From the NCBI GenBank assembly GCA_045632325.1, contig JAZQWK010000335.1, positions 1 to 37,758 of the forward strand: a DNA stretch of 37,758 bases. The letters are read 5' to 3'. Position numbers and translations under genes: made by a program. Below are positions 10,231 through 17,504 of this stretch, one piece after another. A model generated the notes under the pieces. It had not been told where the DNA came from and did not search any database. It worked only from the letters and a program-made list of their open reading frames with translations. The stretch comes from Eubacteriales bacterium (GTDB lineage Bacteria > Bacillota > Clostridia > Oscillospirales > CAG-272). Every line of letters starts with the position of its first letter. The stretch's first letter is position 1.

Positions 10231-11913
10231 TTATTCCTTTTCCGATGCAGCGGTTTGACACAGTGTACAAGCTTTTGCAAGTGCGGCATCAATATCAGGC
10301 AAAAGGTTGTCTTCACCAATTTCACGGTCAAAACCGGCCTTTTTCATAGCGGCAAGCGGCTGTTCGTTGACGTGGGAGAGCAGAAGCGTAATGCCGCGGT
10401 CATCGCAGACAGATTTGATGGCACGGAGCGCGCGCATTGCGGAGATATCGAGCGTATGAACGCCGCGCATACGCAGAATCATGACGCGGACGCCTTCTCT
10501 GATCGGAATAGAGCGGAAGGTATCGGACGATGCAAAGAACATCGGGCCTTCCATTTCGTATACGTCGGTTTCAAACGGGATCTTCTTTCCTTCTTTGTGG
10601 ACGTGCTCCTCCGCATAAGCATCAGCGGCAGACCATGCGCGGATGTTGGTGACGTCTGCCATATGCTTCATGAAAAGGACGACTGCCAGAAGCATACCGA
10701 CTTCAATGGCAACGACGAGGTCGAAGACGACTGTCAGAACGAAGGTAACGACGAGAACGAGAATATCTGCGGGCTGTGCCGTTTTGCAGATTTCGACGAA
10801 ATGACGCCATTCGCACATGTTGTACGCGACGATGAACAGAATCGCTGCGATGATCGGCATCGGGATCCAGGCAGCAAGCGGCATGAGGACGACCAATACG
10901 AGCAGAAGCACGAGCGCGTGAACGATACCTGCGACGGGCGTTCTGCCGCCGTTCTTGACGTTTGCCGCGGTTCGAGCTATGGCACCCGTTGCGGGAATAC
11001 CGCCGAACAGACCCGACGCGATGTTGCCAAGACCCTGTGCGATCAGTTCGGTGTTGGAGTTGTGGCGGTCGGAGATCATACCGTCGGAAACGACGCAGGA
11101 AAGCAGAGATTCGATTGCCGCGAGGACTGCGATCGTCACAGCGGACGGGAACAGCTCTCCGATCAGTGCAAAATCAAAAGCAGGAACCGACGGCGTGGGC
11201 AGCGTGCGTCCGATCTCATAAAGATCACCGATGGTATTGACGTTCATGCCGGTCAGCTTGACGAGGGCAGTGCCTGCAACGACGGCGATCAGCGAGCCGG
11301 GAATCTTTTTGCCGACCACGGGAACGTACGGCCACGCGATCAGAATGGCAAGTCCGATCAGACCGACGAGGAGTGCGGGAAGATGCAGTGTTCCGATGGA
11401 GGAGGCGACCGCTTCCACCTTTTCCATCGTTTCAACGGCGTGGGTGCCGGGTGCGAAGGTCAGTCCGAGGAAGTCCTTGAGCTGACCGATGACGATGGTC
11501 AGGGCAATACCCGAGGTAAAACCTGTGGTGATGGTATAGGGGATGTACTTGATGAGCACGCCGAAACGGCAGATGCCCATCAGAATGAGCATAATACCTG
11601 CCATGAGCGTTGCAATGACAAGTCCTTCGATTCCGAACTGCGCGACAATTCCGGCAACGATCGTTGCGAATGCCGCCGTCGGACCGGAGATATTGACGCG
11701 GCTGCCGCCGAAGAACGAAATGACGAAGCCTGCAACGATGGCGGTGTAGATGCCCTTTTCGGGCGAGACACCGGATGCAATGGCAAGTGCGATGGACAAG
11801 GGAAGTGCGATGATAGCGACGATGATGCCCGCGATCAGGTCACGGGTCAGGGAAGATGCGTTGTAGCCGCGCATCGTGTCCTTTGAGAAGAGTTTGGGCT
11901 GAAAGAGTTTCAT
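10231..11913 (-). CDS. SulP-family anion transporter with C-terminal STAS domain
   Basis: Polytopic membrane protein (LTRDLIAGIIVAIIALPLSIALAIASGV..) with a C-terminal STAS-like region (VMILRMRGVHTLDISAMRAL). The sensible start is MKLFQPK at 11913. The ORF-track start 12051 runs into AT-rich promoter DNA. Confidence 0.9.
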   Translation of the reverse strand: MKLFQPKLFSKDTMRGYNASSLTRDLIAGIIVAIIALPLSIALAIASGVSPEKGIYTAIVAGFVISFFGGSRVNISGPTAAFATIVAGIVAQFGIEGLVIATLMAGIMLILMGICRFGVLIKYIPYTITTGFTSGIALTIVIGQLKDFLGLTFAPGTHAVETMEKVEAVASSIGTLHLPALLVGLIGLAILIAWPYVPVVGKKIPGSLIAVVAGTALVKLTGMNVNTIGDLYEIGRTLPTPSVPAFDFALIGELFPSAVTIAVLAAIESLLSCVVSDGMISDRHNSNTELIAQGLGNIASGLFGGIPATGAIARTAANVKNGGRTPVAGIVHALVLLLVLVVLMPLAAWIPMPIIAAILFIVAYNMCEWRHFVEICKTAQPADILVLVVTFVLTVVFDLVVAIEVGMLLAVVLFMKHMADVTNIRAWSAADAYAEEHVHKEGKKIPFETDVYEMEGPMFFASSDTFRSIPIREGVRVMILRMRGVHTLDISAMRALRAIKSVCDDRGITLLLSHVNEQPLAAMKKAGFDREIGEDNLLPDIDAALAKACTLCQTAASEKE

Positions 11914-11965
11914 ATACAAAAGACCTTTCTTAAAATCATGCAGAAAATCTGCAATTATCTTATAT

Positions 11966-11994
11966 ATTATAGCGCGTTTCTTCAAAATATACAA
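11966..11994 (-). promoter_or_regulatory. candidate promoter for the SulP/methyltransferase operon
   Basis: On the minus strand: TTGTAT (11994-11989), a 17-nt spacer, then TATAAT (11971-11966). Confidence 0.5.
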
Positions 11995-12044
11995 GATGTT
12001 TTTTGAAAAAAATGAAATTTTCAATGTATATTCTTGCATCCAAG

Positions 12045-12073
12045 TTGACAAAAAGATGAATCCGTGCTATAAT
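12045..12073 (+). promoter_or_regulatory. sigma-A type promoter for the SBP3 operon
   Basis: TTGACA (12045-12050), a 17-nt spacer, then TATAAT (12068-12073). Confidence 0.6.
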
Positions 12074-12090
12074 GTAGAAAAATATTAAAC

Positions 12091-12120
12091 GGGTATCCGA
12101 AATCGATTGTTCGGATACCC
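12091..12120 (+). promoter_or_regulatory. perfect 11-bp inverted repeat in the SBP3 leader (5' stem-loop or operator)
   Basis: GGGTATCCGAA (12091-12101), loop atcgattg, then TTCGGATACCC (12110-12120). It sits between the -10 box and the RBS. Confidence 0.4.
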
Positions 12121-12144
12121 AAAACATATCACAGGAGAATGATT

Positions 12145-13665
12145 ATGAAACACACAAAACGACTGACAACCGCCGCTTTGCTTGCACTTCTGCTTCTGCA
12201 GACCGCGTCCTGCGCGTCCGACGACAGCGGCGTGACCGGTGATACTGCTGCAGACACACAGACGGAAACCGAAGCGGTTACCGTCGATCAGAAGGAAGCC
12301 GACAAGCAGGCATATTTTGCATCCCTTCCCGCCATTGTAAATCCCGGTGAGGAGATTGTTTTTTCGGCGATCAACATCGGTTCGGAGGATATGGGTGACA
12401 ACGATATCGCAACGGCGGCTGAAAACGGCGCAAAGATGAACGACGCGATTTACAAGCGTCAGCGCGACATCGAAGAAAAACTCGGCATCAAGATCGTCTG
12501 TAACGGTTTCGACTCTGACGGCGACCAGCAGACCGCTATTTCCAACGACGTTCTGTCGGGTGAGGGCTACTACGATATTATCAATGCAAAGACAACGGTT
12601 CAGGCAGTGCTCTTCAACAACGGCTATCTTTCCGATCTTTCCACGGTTCCGAATCTGCAGCTCGATCAGGCTTGGTGGAACAAGGACGCAAACGAAGCGT
12701 TTACCATCGGCGGTCTGCAGTTCGTCCTGCTTTCTCCGCTTTGTCACTATGCCGACTCTGTCGCATGGTTCGTCATGTTCAACAAGGCTCTGTTTGCCGA
12801 TTACGATCTTCCCGATCCTTATCAGATGGTTCGTGAAGGTACCTGGACGCTCGATGCTATGTATGAAATGATGAAGGTCATTCCGATCGACTCCAACGGT
12901 AACGGTCAGACCGACGGTGACGATATGTTTGGCTGTGTTGCGCAGATGTTTGACGCACTTGCACTGACCACTTCCTTTGGCTGTAAGATTTTTGAAAAGG
13001 ACGCAAACGACGTTCCGCAGTTCGTCCTCCCTGATGAAGCCAATATTGATAAGATGCAGGTCATTTCGGAATTCTTCTCCGATACCGCCCGTACCATCGT
13101 CGTCAACCACAGTATGTATAAGGGCGTTGACAATGCATGGGACGTTCTTTGGGCGGATAAGTTTGCAAGCGGCAACGGTCTGTTCATGTTCAACTGCCCC
13201 GGCAACCTCGGCGGCTTTACCGATATGGAACAGGATTTCGGTATTCTCCCGATTCCGAAGTACAATGCAGATCAGAAGGAATACTACACGATGACCTCCA
13301 TCTGGTTCACGACCTCTCTGTCCGTTCCGAAGGTTCACGGCGCTGACAGCAGCGACATCGGTACGGTTATGGATGCAATGTCCTATCTGTCTTACGTTGA
13401 CGTTGAACCGACCTTTGCGGAAACCTATCTGCAGAACCGTTACATCCGTGACGAGGACTCCGTCGAAATGCTGAACATCATTACCGCGTCCAAGCAGTAT
13501 GACCCCGGCTTCGTCTTCAACTGGTCGTCTGCAATCACACTGCCGCAGAACTGTGTTGAAAAGGGCGGCGAGCAGCTCGCGTCCACCATTGAACGTGCGC
13601 GTAAGGGCATCGAATCCGCGGTTAAGAAGACCGTTGAAATGGCACAGGAGCTGGCAAACGAGTAA
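12145..13665 (+). CDS. extracellular solute-binding lipoprotein, paralog 3
   Basis: MKHTKRLTTAALLALLLLQTASC-ASDD is a lipobox signal. AGGAG lies 7 nt upstream of ATG 12145, whereas the ATG at 12139 is too close to the RBS. Blocks FGILPIPKYNADQKEYY and RDEDSVEMLNII match SBP1. Confidence 0.85.
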   Translation: MKHTKRLTTAALLALLLLQTASCASDDSGVTGDTAADTQTETEAVTVDQKEADKQAYFASLPAIVNPGEEIVFSAINIGSEDMGDNDIATAAENGAKMNDAIYKRQRDIEEKLGIKIVCNGFDSDGDQQTAISNDVLSGEGYYDIINAKTTVQAVLFNNGYLSDLSTVPNLQLDQAWWNKDANEAFTIGGLQFVLLSPLCHYADSVAWFVMFNKALFADYDLPDPYQMVREGTWTLDAMYEMMKVIPIDSNGNGQTDGDDMFGCVAQMFDALALTTSFGCKIFEKDANDVPQFVLPDEANIDKMQVISEFFSDTARTIVVNHSMYKGVDNAWDVLWADKFASGNGLFMFNCPGNLGGFTDMEQDFGILPIPKYNADQKEYYTMTSIWFTTSLSVPKVHGADSSDIGTVMDAMSYLSYVDVEPTFAETYLQNRYIRDEDSVEMLNIITASKQYDPGFVFNWSSAITLPQNCVEKGGEQLASTIERARKGIESAVKKTVEMAQELANE

Positions 13666-13669
13666 ACCT

Positions 13670-14665
13670 ATGAAAATTCTGTTTACGGTTCCCGTCGGCG
13701 GCAATCGCGATAAATATTTCCCGCCGAAGCTGATGGCACGGCTGGAAGCGCTCGGTGAGGTCATCAAAAACCCGCACAGCCGTCAGTATACGCGGGATGA
13801 ACTGAAGGATCTTTTACCCGATATTGATATCATCGTCACGCACTGGGGTTCGACGCAGTATGACGCGGAACTGCTTGATTGTGCGCCGAAACTGAAACTG
13901 CTTGCGCACTGTGCAGGAACGGTTGCGCACATTGCAAGTGAAACCTGTTACGAACGGAATATTCCCGTATTGAGTGCCAATCCGATCATGGCAAAATACG
14001 TTGCCGAGGGCGCACTTGGGTATATCCTTGCGGGCATTCGTGCCATCCGCGCGTACGACGGCAATATGCGCACGGGACTTTGGCATCAGAATATGCCCGT
14101 GACCAATACCATCGTCGGCGGTGAGATCGGTCTGGTCGGTCTCGGTGCCGTCGGACGCAATCTGCTCGATATGCTCCGTCCGTTCGGCTGTACGGTCAAG
14201 GTCTACGACCCGTACCTGCCCGCAGATGCACTGGAAGCATGGGACTTTGCCGAGACGTGTACCTTTGAGGACGCAATGAAAAATCCCGTCGTTTCGATTC
14301 ACGCCTCCCAAACTCCCGAAACCTATCACATGGTCAACGCCGAAGCATTGGCACTGATGCCGGATGACGCACTGCTGGTCAACACAGCGCGCGGTTCTCT
14401 GGTTGATATGGAAGCATTGATTCCCGAGCTGCAATCGGGGCGTCTTCGTGCAGTGCTGGACGTTTATGAGCGTGAAAACCGTCCGCAGGATGAACGCCTG
14501 CTTGCTTGCACGGATAAGCTGACGCTGCAGCCGCATCTTGCCGGTATGCCGTCGGGTTCTGCGATGACGGCGGCGATCATCGACGACCTGGAACGGCTGA
14601 TTTGTGGAGAATCTCTGCGTCTGACAGTATCGCATGAACAGTATCTGCACATGACGCAGGAATAA
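13670..14665 (+). CDS. D-isomer-specific 2-hydroxyacid dehydrogenase family, NAD-binding
   Basis: The start MKILFTV lies 4 nt after the SBP3 stop. It has the Rossmann motif GLVGLGAVGRNLLDML, then NTARGSLVD and a late His (QPHLAG). The ORF-track start 13499 lies inside SBP3. Confidence 0.85.
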   Translation: MKILFTVPVGGNRDKYFPPKLMARLEALGEVIKNPHSRQYTRDELKDLLPDIDIIVTHWGSTQYDAELLDCAPKLKLLAHCAGTVAHIASETCYERNIPVLSANPIMAKYVAEGALGYILAGIRAIRAYDGNMRTGLWHQNMPVTNTIVGGEIGLVGLGAVGRNLLDMLRPFGCTVKVYDPYLPADALEAWDFAETCTFEDAMKNPVVSIHASQTPETYHMVNAEALALMPDDALLVNTARGSLVDMEALIPELQSGRLRAVLDVYERENRPQDERLLACTDKLTLQPHLAGMPSGSAMTAAIIDDLERLICGESLRLTVSHEQYLHMTQE

Positions 14666-14725
14666 GCTTTTTCTGTTCCTGTGATGCGGAAAATGAATAA
14701 TTTTCAAAAGATTCCTGCATATAGA

Positions 14726-14754
14726 TTGACAATTACGGAAAACCATGGTATAAT
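14726..14754 (+). promoter_or_regulatory. sigma-A type promoter for the symporter gene
   Basis: TTGACA (14726-14731), a 17-nt spacer, then TATAAT (14749-14754). Confidence 0.6.
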
Positions 14755-14790
14755 AATGCAATCAAAGGAATCACAAGAAAGGACTTTGTT

Positions 14791-16326
14791 ATGAAAATCC
14801 AATACCTCATTTCGATCGCACTCTATATGGCTGCGGTCATCGGCATCGGTGTTTGGTGCTCCAAGCGCGCAAACAAGAATGCCGAAGCATACTTTATCGG
14901 CGGCAGAACGCTCGGTCCGTGGGTCTCCGCAATGAGTGCGGAAGCCTCCGATATGTCCGGCTGGCTTCTCATGGGTCTGCCCGGTCTTGCATACTGGAGC
15001 GGTCTTGCCGATGCAGGCTGGACGGCAATCGGTCTGGCACTCGGTACTTATCTGAACTGGCTGATCATCAGTAAGCGTCTGCGCCGTTATTCCGAGCGCA
15101 TCGGGGCCATTACCATTCCCGACTTCTTCTCCAAGCGTTTCCACGAAAAGAATAAGATTCTGCTGATCGTTGCTTCGCTTCTGATCATCGTCTTCTTCAC
15201 GCCTTACGCAGGCTCCTGTCTGATGGCATGCGGCAAGCTGTTCTCCCAGCTGTTCGGTACGTCCTATGAGCTGATGGTCGTCATCGCCGCAGTTTTCGTC
15301 CTCGCATATACGTTCCTCGGCGGCTTCCTCGGCGAATCCGCATCGGACTTCATGCAGGCAATCGTCATGGTCATTGCGCTGATCTGCGTGCTGTGTATCG
15401 GTACTGCCAATGCAGGCGGCATCGGTGCCGTTATGGAAAACTCCAAGGAAATCCCCGGATTCCTCTCTCTGTTTGAAAAGGCAGTGCAGACCGGTGTCGA
15501 TGAAGCCGGTATGCCCATCTTTGGTGAGCCTGCTGCTATGGGCTTCATCCCGATTCTTTCCGGTCTTGTTTGGGGTCTCGGTTACTTCGGTATGCCGCAG
15601 GTTCTGCTCCGCTTCATGGCAATCCGCGACGAAAAGGAACTCAAGCTCTCCCGCCGCGTTGCAACCGTTTGGGTTCTGATCTCCCTGGCTGCGGCAATCC
15701 TTATCGGTATCATCGGCCGTACCCTGTATCCCGGTGCTTATGCCGAATACGGTGCGGGCAACACGGAAAACATCTTCATTCTGATGACCACCAGCATGCT
15801 TCCCGCAATCCTTGCAGGTCTTGTCTGTGCAGGTATTCTTGCGGCAGCAATCTCCTCCTCCGACTCTTATCTGCTGATCTCCGCGTCTGCCATCGCTGAA
15901 AACGTCTATCACGGCGTCTTCAAGAAGAATGCGACCGACAAGCAGGTCATGACGTTCACCCGTATCATTCTGGTCGTTATCATGCTGTTCGCGATGCTCG
16001 TCGCAACCGGCGGCAACCAGGTCATTTTCTCCATCGTTGACTTCGCATGGGCAGGTCTCGGTGCGACGTTCGGTCCGCTGATGATCTACTCCCTGTTCTG
16101 GAAGCGCACGACCTATCAAGGTGCGATTGCAGGTATGGTGACCGGCGGTGTCGTTGCAATCGTCTGGAACTTCTTCATCGCTCCGCTCGGCGGCATCTTC
16201 GCAGTTTACGAGCTGGCGCCCGCGTTCCTGCTCTCCTGCGCTGCAATCACCGTTGTCTCTCTGATGACTGCAAAGCCGAACAAGGAAATCGAAGAAGATT
16301 ACGATTACGTTCTCTCCGGCAAATAA
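14791..16326 (+). CDS. putP: sodium:solute symporter (SSS) family, PutP-like sodium/proline symporter
   Basis: YFIGGRTLGPWVSAMSAEASDMSGWLLMGLPGLAYW closely follows the PutP N-terminal signature. The protein is polytopic and 511 aa long. Confidence 0.8.
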   Translation: MKIQYLISIALYMAAVIGIGVWCSKRANKNAEAYFIGGRTLGPWVSAMSAEASDMSGWLLMGLPGLAYWSGLADAGWTAIGLALGTYLNWLIISKRLRRYSERIGAITIPDFFSKRFHEKNKILLIVASLLIIVFFTPYAGSCLMACGKLFSQLFGTSYELMVVIAAVFVLAYTFLGGFLGESASDFMQAIVMVIALICVLCIGTANAGGIGAVMENSKEIPGFLSLFEKAVQTGVDEAGMPIFGEPAAMGFIPILSGLVWGLGYFGMPQVLLRFMAIRDEKELKLSRRVATVWVLISLAAAILIGIIGRTLYPGAYAEYGAGNTENIFILMTTSMLPAILAGLVCAGILAAAISSSDSYLLISASAIAENVYHGVFKKNATDKQVMTFTRIILVVIMLFAMLVATGGNQVIFSIVDFAWAGLGATFGPLMIYSLFWKRTTYQGAIAGMVTGGVVAIVWNFFIAPLGGIFAVYELAPAFLLSCAAITVVSLMTAKPNKEIEEDYDYVLSGK

Positions 16327-16350
16327 TCTCAAACAATCCGATCAAACACA

Positions 16351-16386
16351 AAGGACTGCGGTACCGAAATACCGCAGTCCTTTTGC
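16351..16386. terminator. strong bidirectional terminator between the symporter and IUNH-like paralog 2
   Basis: AAGGACTGCGGTA pairs with TACCGCAGTCCTT (13 bp) around loop CCGAAA. TTTGCT follows. Confidence 0.75.
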
Positions 16387-16409
16387 TGTGTTGACTGATT
16401 TTGGTTGAT

Positions 16410-17324
16410 TTACTGTGCCAGTACGCGGAACAGCTCTCCGAACAGCGCATCACGGTGAATGTACGTGACGCGGCGGATGAGCGGACGGTTCTGCGTGAAC
16501 GCATAGTATCCGTCATACTCGGGAATGGGTGCAGGCTCCAGCACCGAGGTCATGAAGCGGTCGCCGTCGTTGAGCAGCCATGCAACGGCAGTGACGTCCC
16601 AGATGACGCGGCTCCAGACACGACCGGCGGCATAGGATTCTGCTTCCTCAACGGTATGGTCGATCAGATAGTCGCAAAGTGCGTTTTTGCCGCGCAGCCA
16701 GTATTCCAGCTCCGGCTGCGTCGTATAGAACGCGGAAACAACGCCCATACACGGCAGCTGAATGACGGGAGCACCGCAGCCGAAGACAACGCGTGCCGCT
16801 GCAACGTCCTGCCACAGATTGAATTCCTTCGTATCGGGCCAGGTCTTGTCATGACCGCCCAGCCACACGATGACGATGCGGTCGATGATATCGGGATTGT
16901 ACAGGATTGCGGATGCGACGTTGGTGATGGCACCGATGGCAACGACGTACAGCGGTTTTTCGGGCGTATACTGCATCGCAAGATCACACAGATGATCGGC
17001 GGCGGGAGACGGAACCGGCGTCTTTTCGTTGGGCATATAGGTACGGCTGCCGCGATGGGTGATGGCTTTCTTTTCGGGGACACCCATCAGTGCAAGCAGA
17101 TTGAGAATTTCATCGTAGCTCTTTTCCATACCGTCCTCAGGAGAGGTGGAGTTGTTGTTGTAGAACGGCGCGGCGTAAAGTGCCTTGACGTTGAATTTTT
17201 CGTGCTTGAGCATCAAAGACAGCGCGTATTGGTCGTCGATTTCATTGTACGTATCGGTGTCCAGCACGCAGTCAATGGGACCTGTGGGAACGTTCAGATT
17301 TTTGAGGCGTTGTGCTTCTGTCAT
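16410..17324 (-). CDS. IUNH-family nucleoside hydrolase, paralog 2
   Basis: The start MTEAQRL at 17324 follows AAAGGA. CVLDTDTYNEIDDQYALSLML is the DxDxxxDD motif. VVAIGAITNVA and EFNLWQD are also IUNH-like. Confidence 0.85.
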   Translation of the reverse strand: MTEAQRLKNLNVPTGPIDCVLDTDTYNEIDDQYALSLMLKHEKFNVKALYAAPFYNNNSTSPEDGMEKSYDEILNLLALMGVPEKKAITHRGSRTYMPNEKTPVPSPAADHLCDLAMQYTPEKPLYVVAIGAITNVASAILYNPDIIDRIVIVWLGGHDKTWPDTKEFNLWQDVAAARVVFGCGAPVIQLPCMGVVSAFYTTQPELEYWLRGKNALCDYLIDHTVEEAESYAAGRVWSRVIWDVTAVAWLLNDGDRFMTSVLEPAPIPEYDGYYAFTQNRPLIRRVTYIHRDALFGELFRVLAQ

Positions 17325-17355
17325 GGCAAAGAAATCCTTTCTTCGTTTTTTCTTT

Positions 17356-17384
17356 AGTATAACGGATTTTGGGAAAAAAAGCAA
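17356..17384 (-). promoter_or_regulatory. candidate promoter for IUNH-like paralog 2
   Basis: On the minus strand: TTGCTT (17384-17379), a 17-nt spacer, then TATACT (17361-17356). Confidence 0.5.
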
Positions 17385-17435
17385 GGGGTTTTGAAAAAAA
17401 CGAAAAAGAATCTCCGCAGACTTTTGGCATTTATC

Positions 17436-17465
17436 TTGATTTCATGCAGGAGAATATGATATAAT
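17436..17465 (+). promoter_or_regulatory. candidate promoter for the GH78-like operon
   Basis: TTGATT (17436-17441), an 18-nt spacer, then the extended -10 box TGaTATAAT (17457-17465). Confidence 0.55.
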
Positions 17466-17504
17466 GTATACAAATCTTTCCGAACGAAAAAGGAGAACAA
17501 CACT

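Noticed and set aside
10255-11886. 543-aa ORF antisense to the SulP transporter
   Set aside because: It is extremely D/R/C/G-rich low-complexity sequence with no start context. The minus strand gives a coherent polytopic SulP/STAS protein.
12085-13767. 560-aa ORF antisense to SBP3
   Set aside because: It is a shadow frame. It would run through the SBP3 promoter, leader palindrome and stop, and has no recognisable motifs.
14704-16332. 542-aa ORF antisense to the PutP-like symporter (with 13814-14761 antisense to the dehydrogenase)
   Set aside because: Both are shadow frames with D/R/C/H-rich composition. The plus-strand products carry strong family signatures.
16401-17357. 318-aa plus-strand ORF overlapping IUNH-like paralog 2
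   Set aside because: The minus-strand frame has the DTDxxxxIDD nucleoside-hydrolase motif and an RBS. The plus frame starts inside the terminator and has no motif support.
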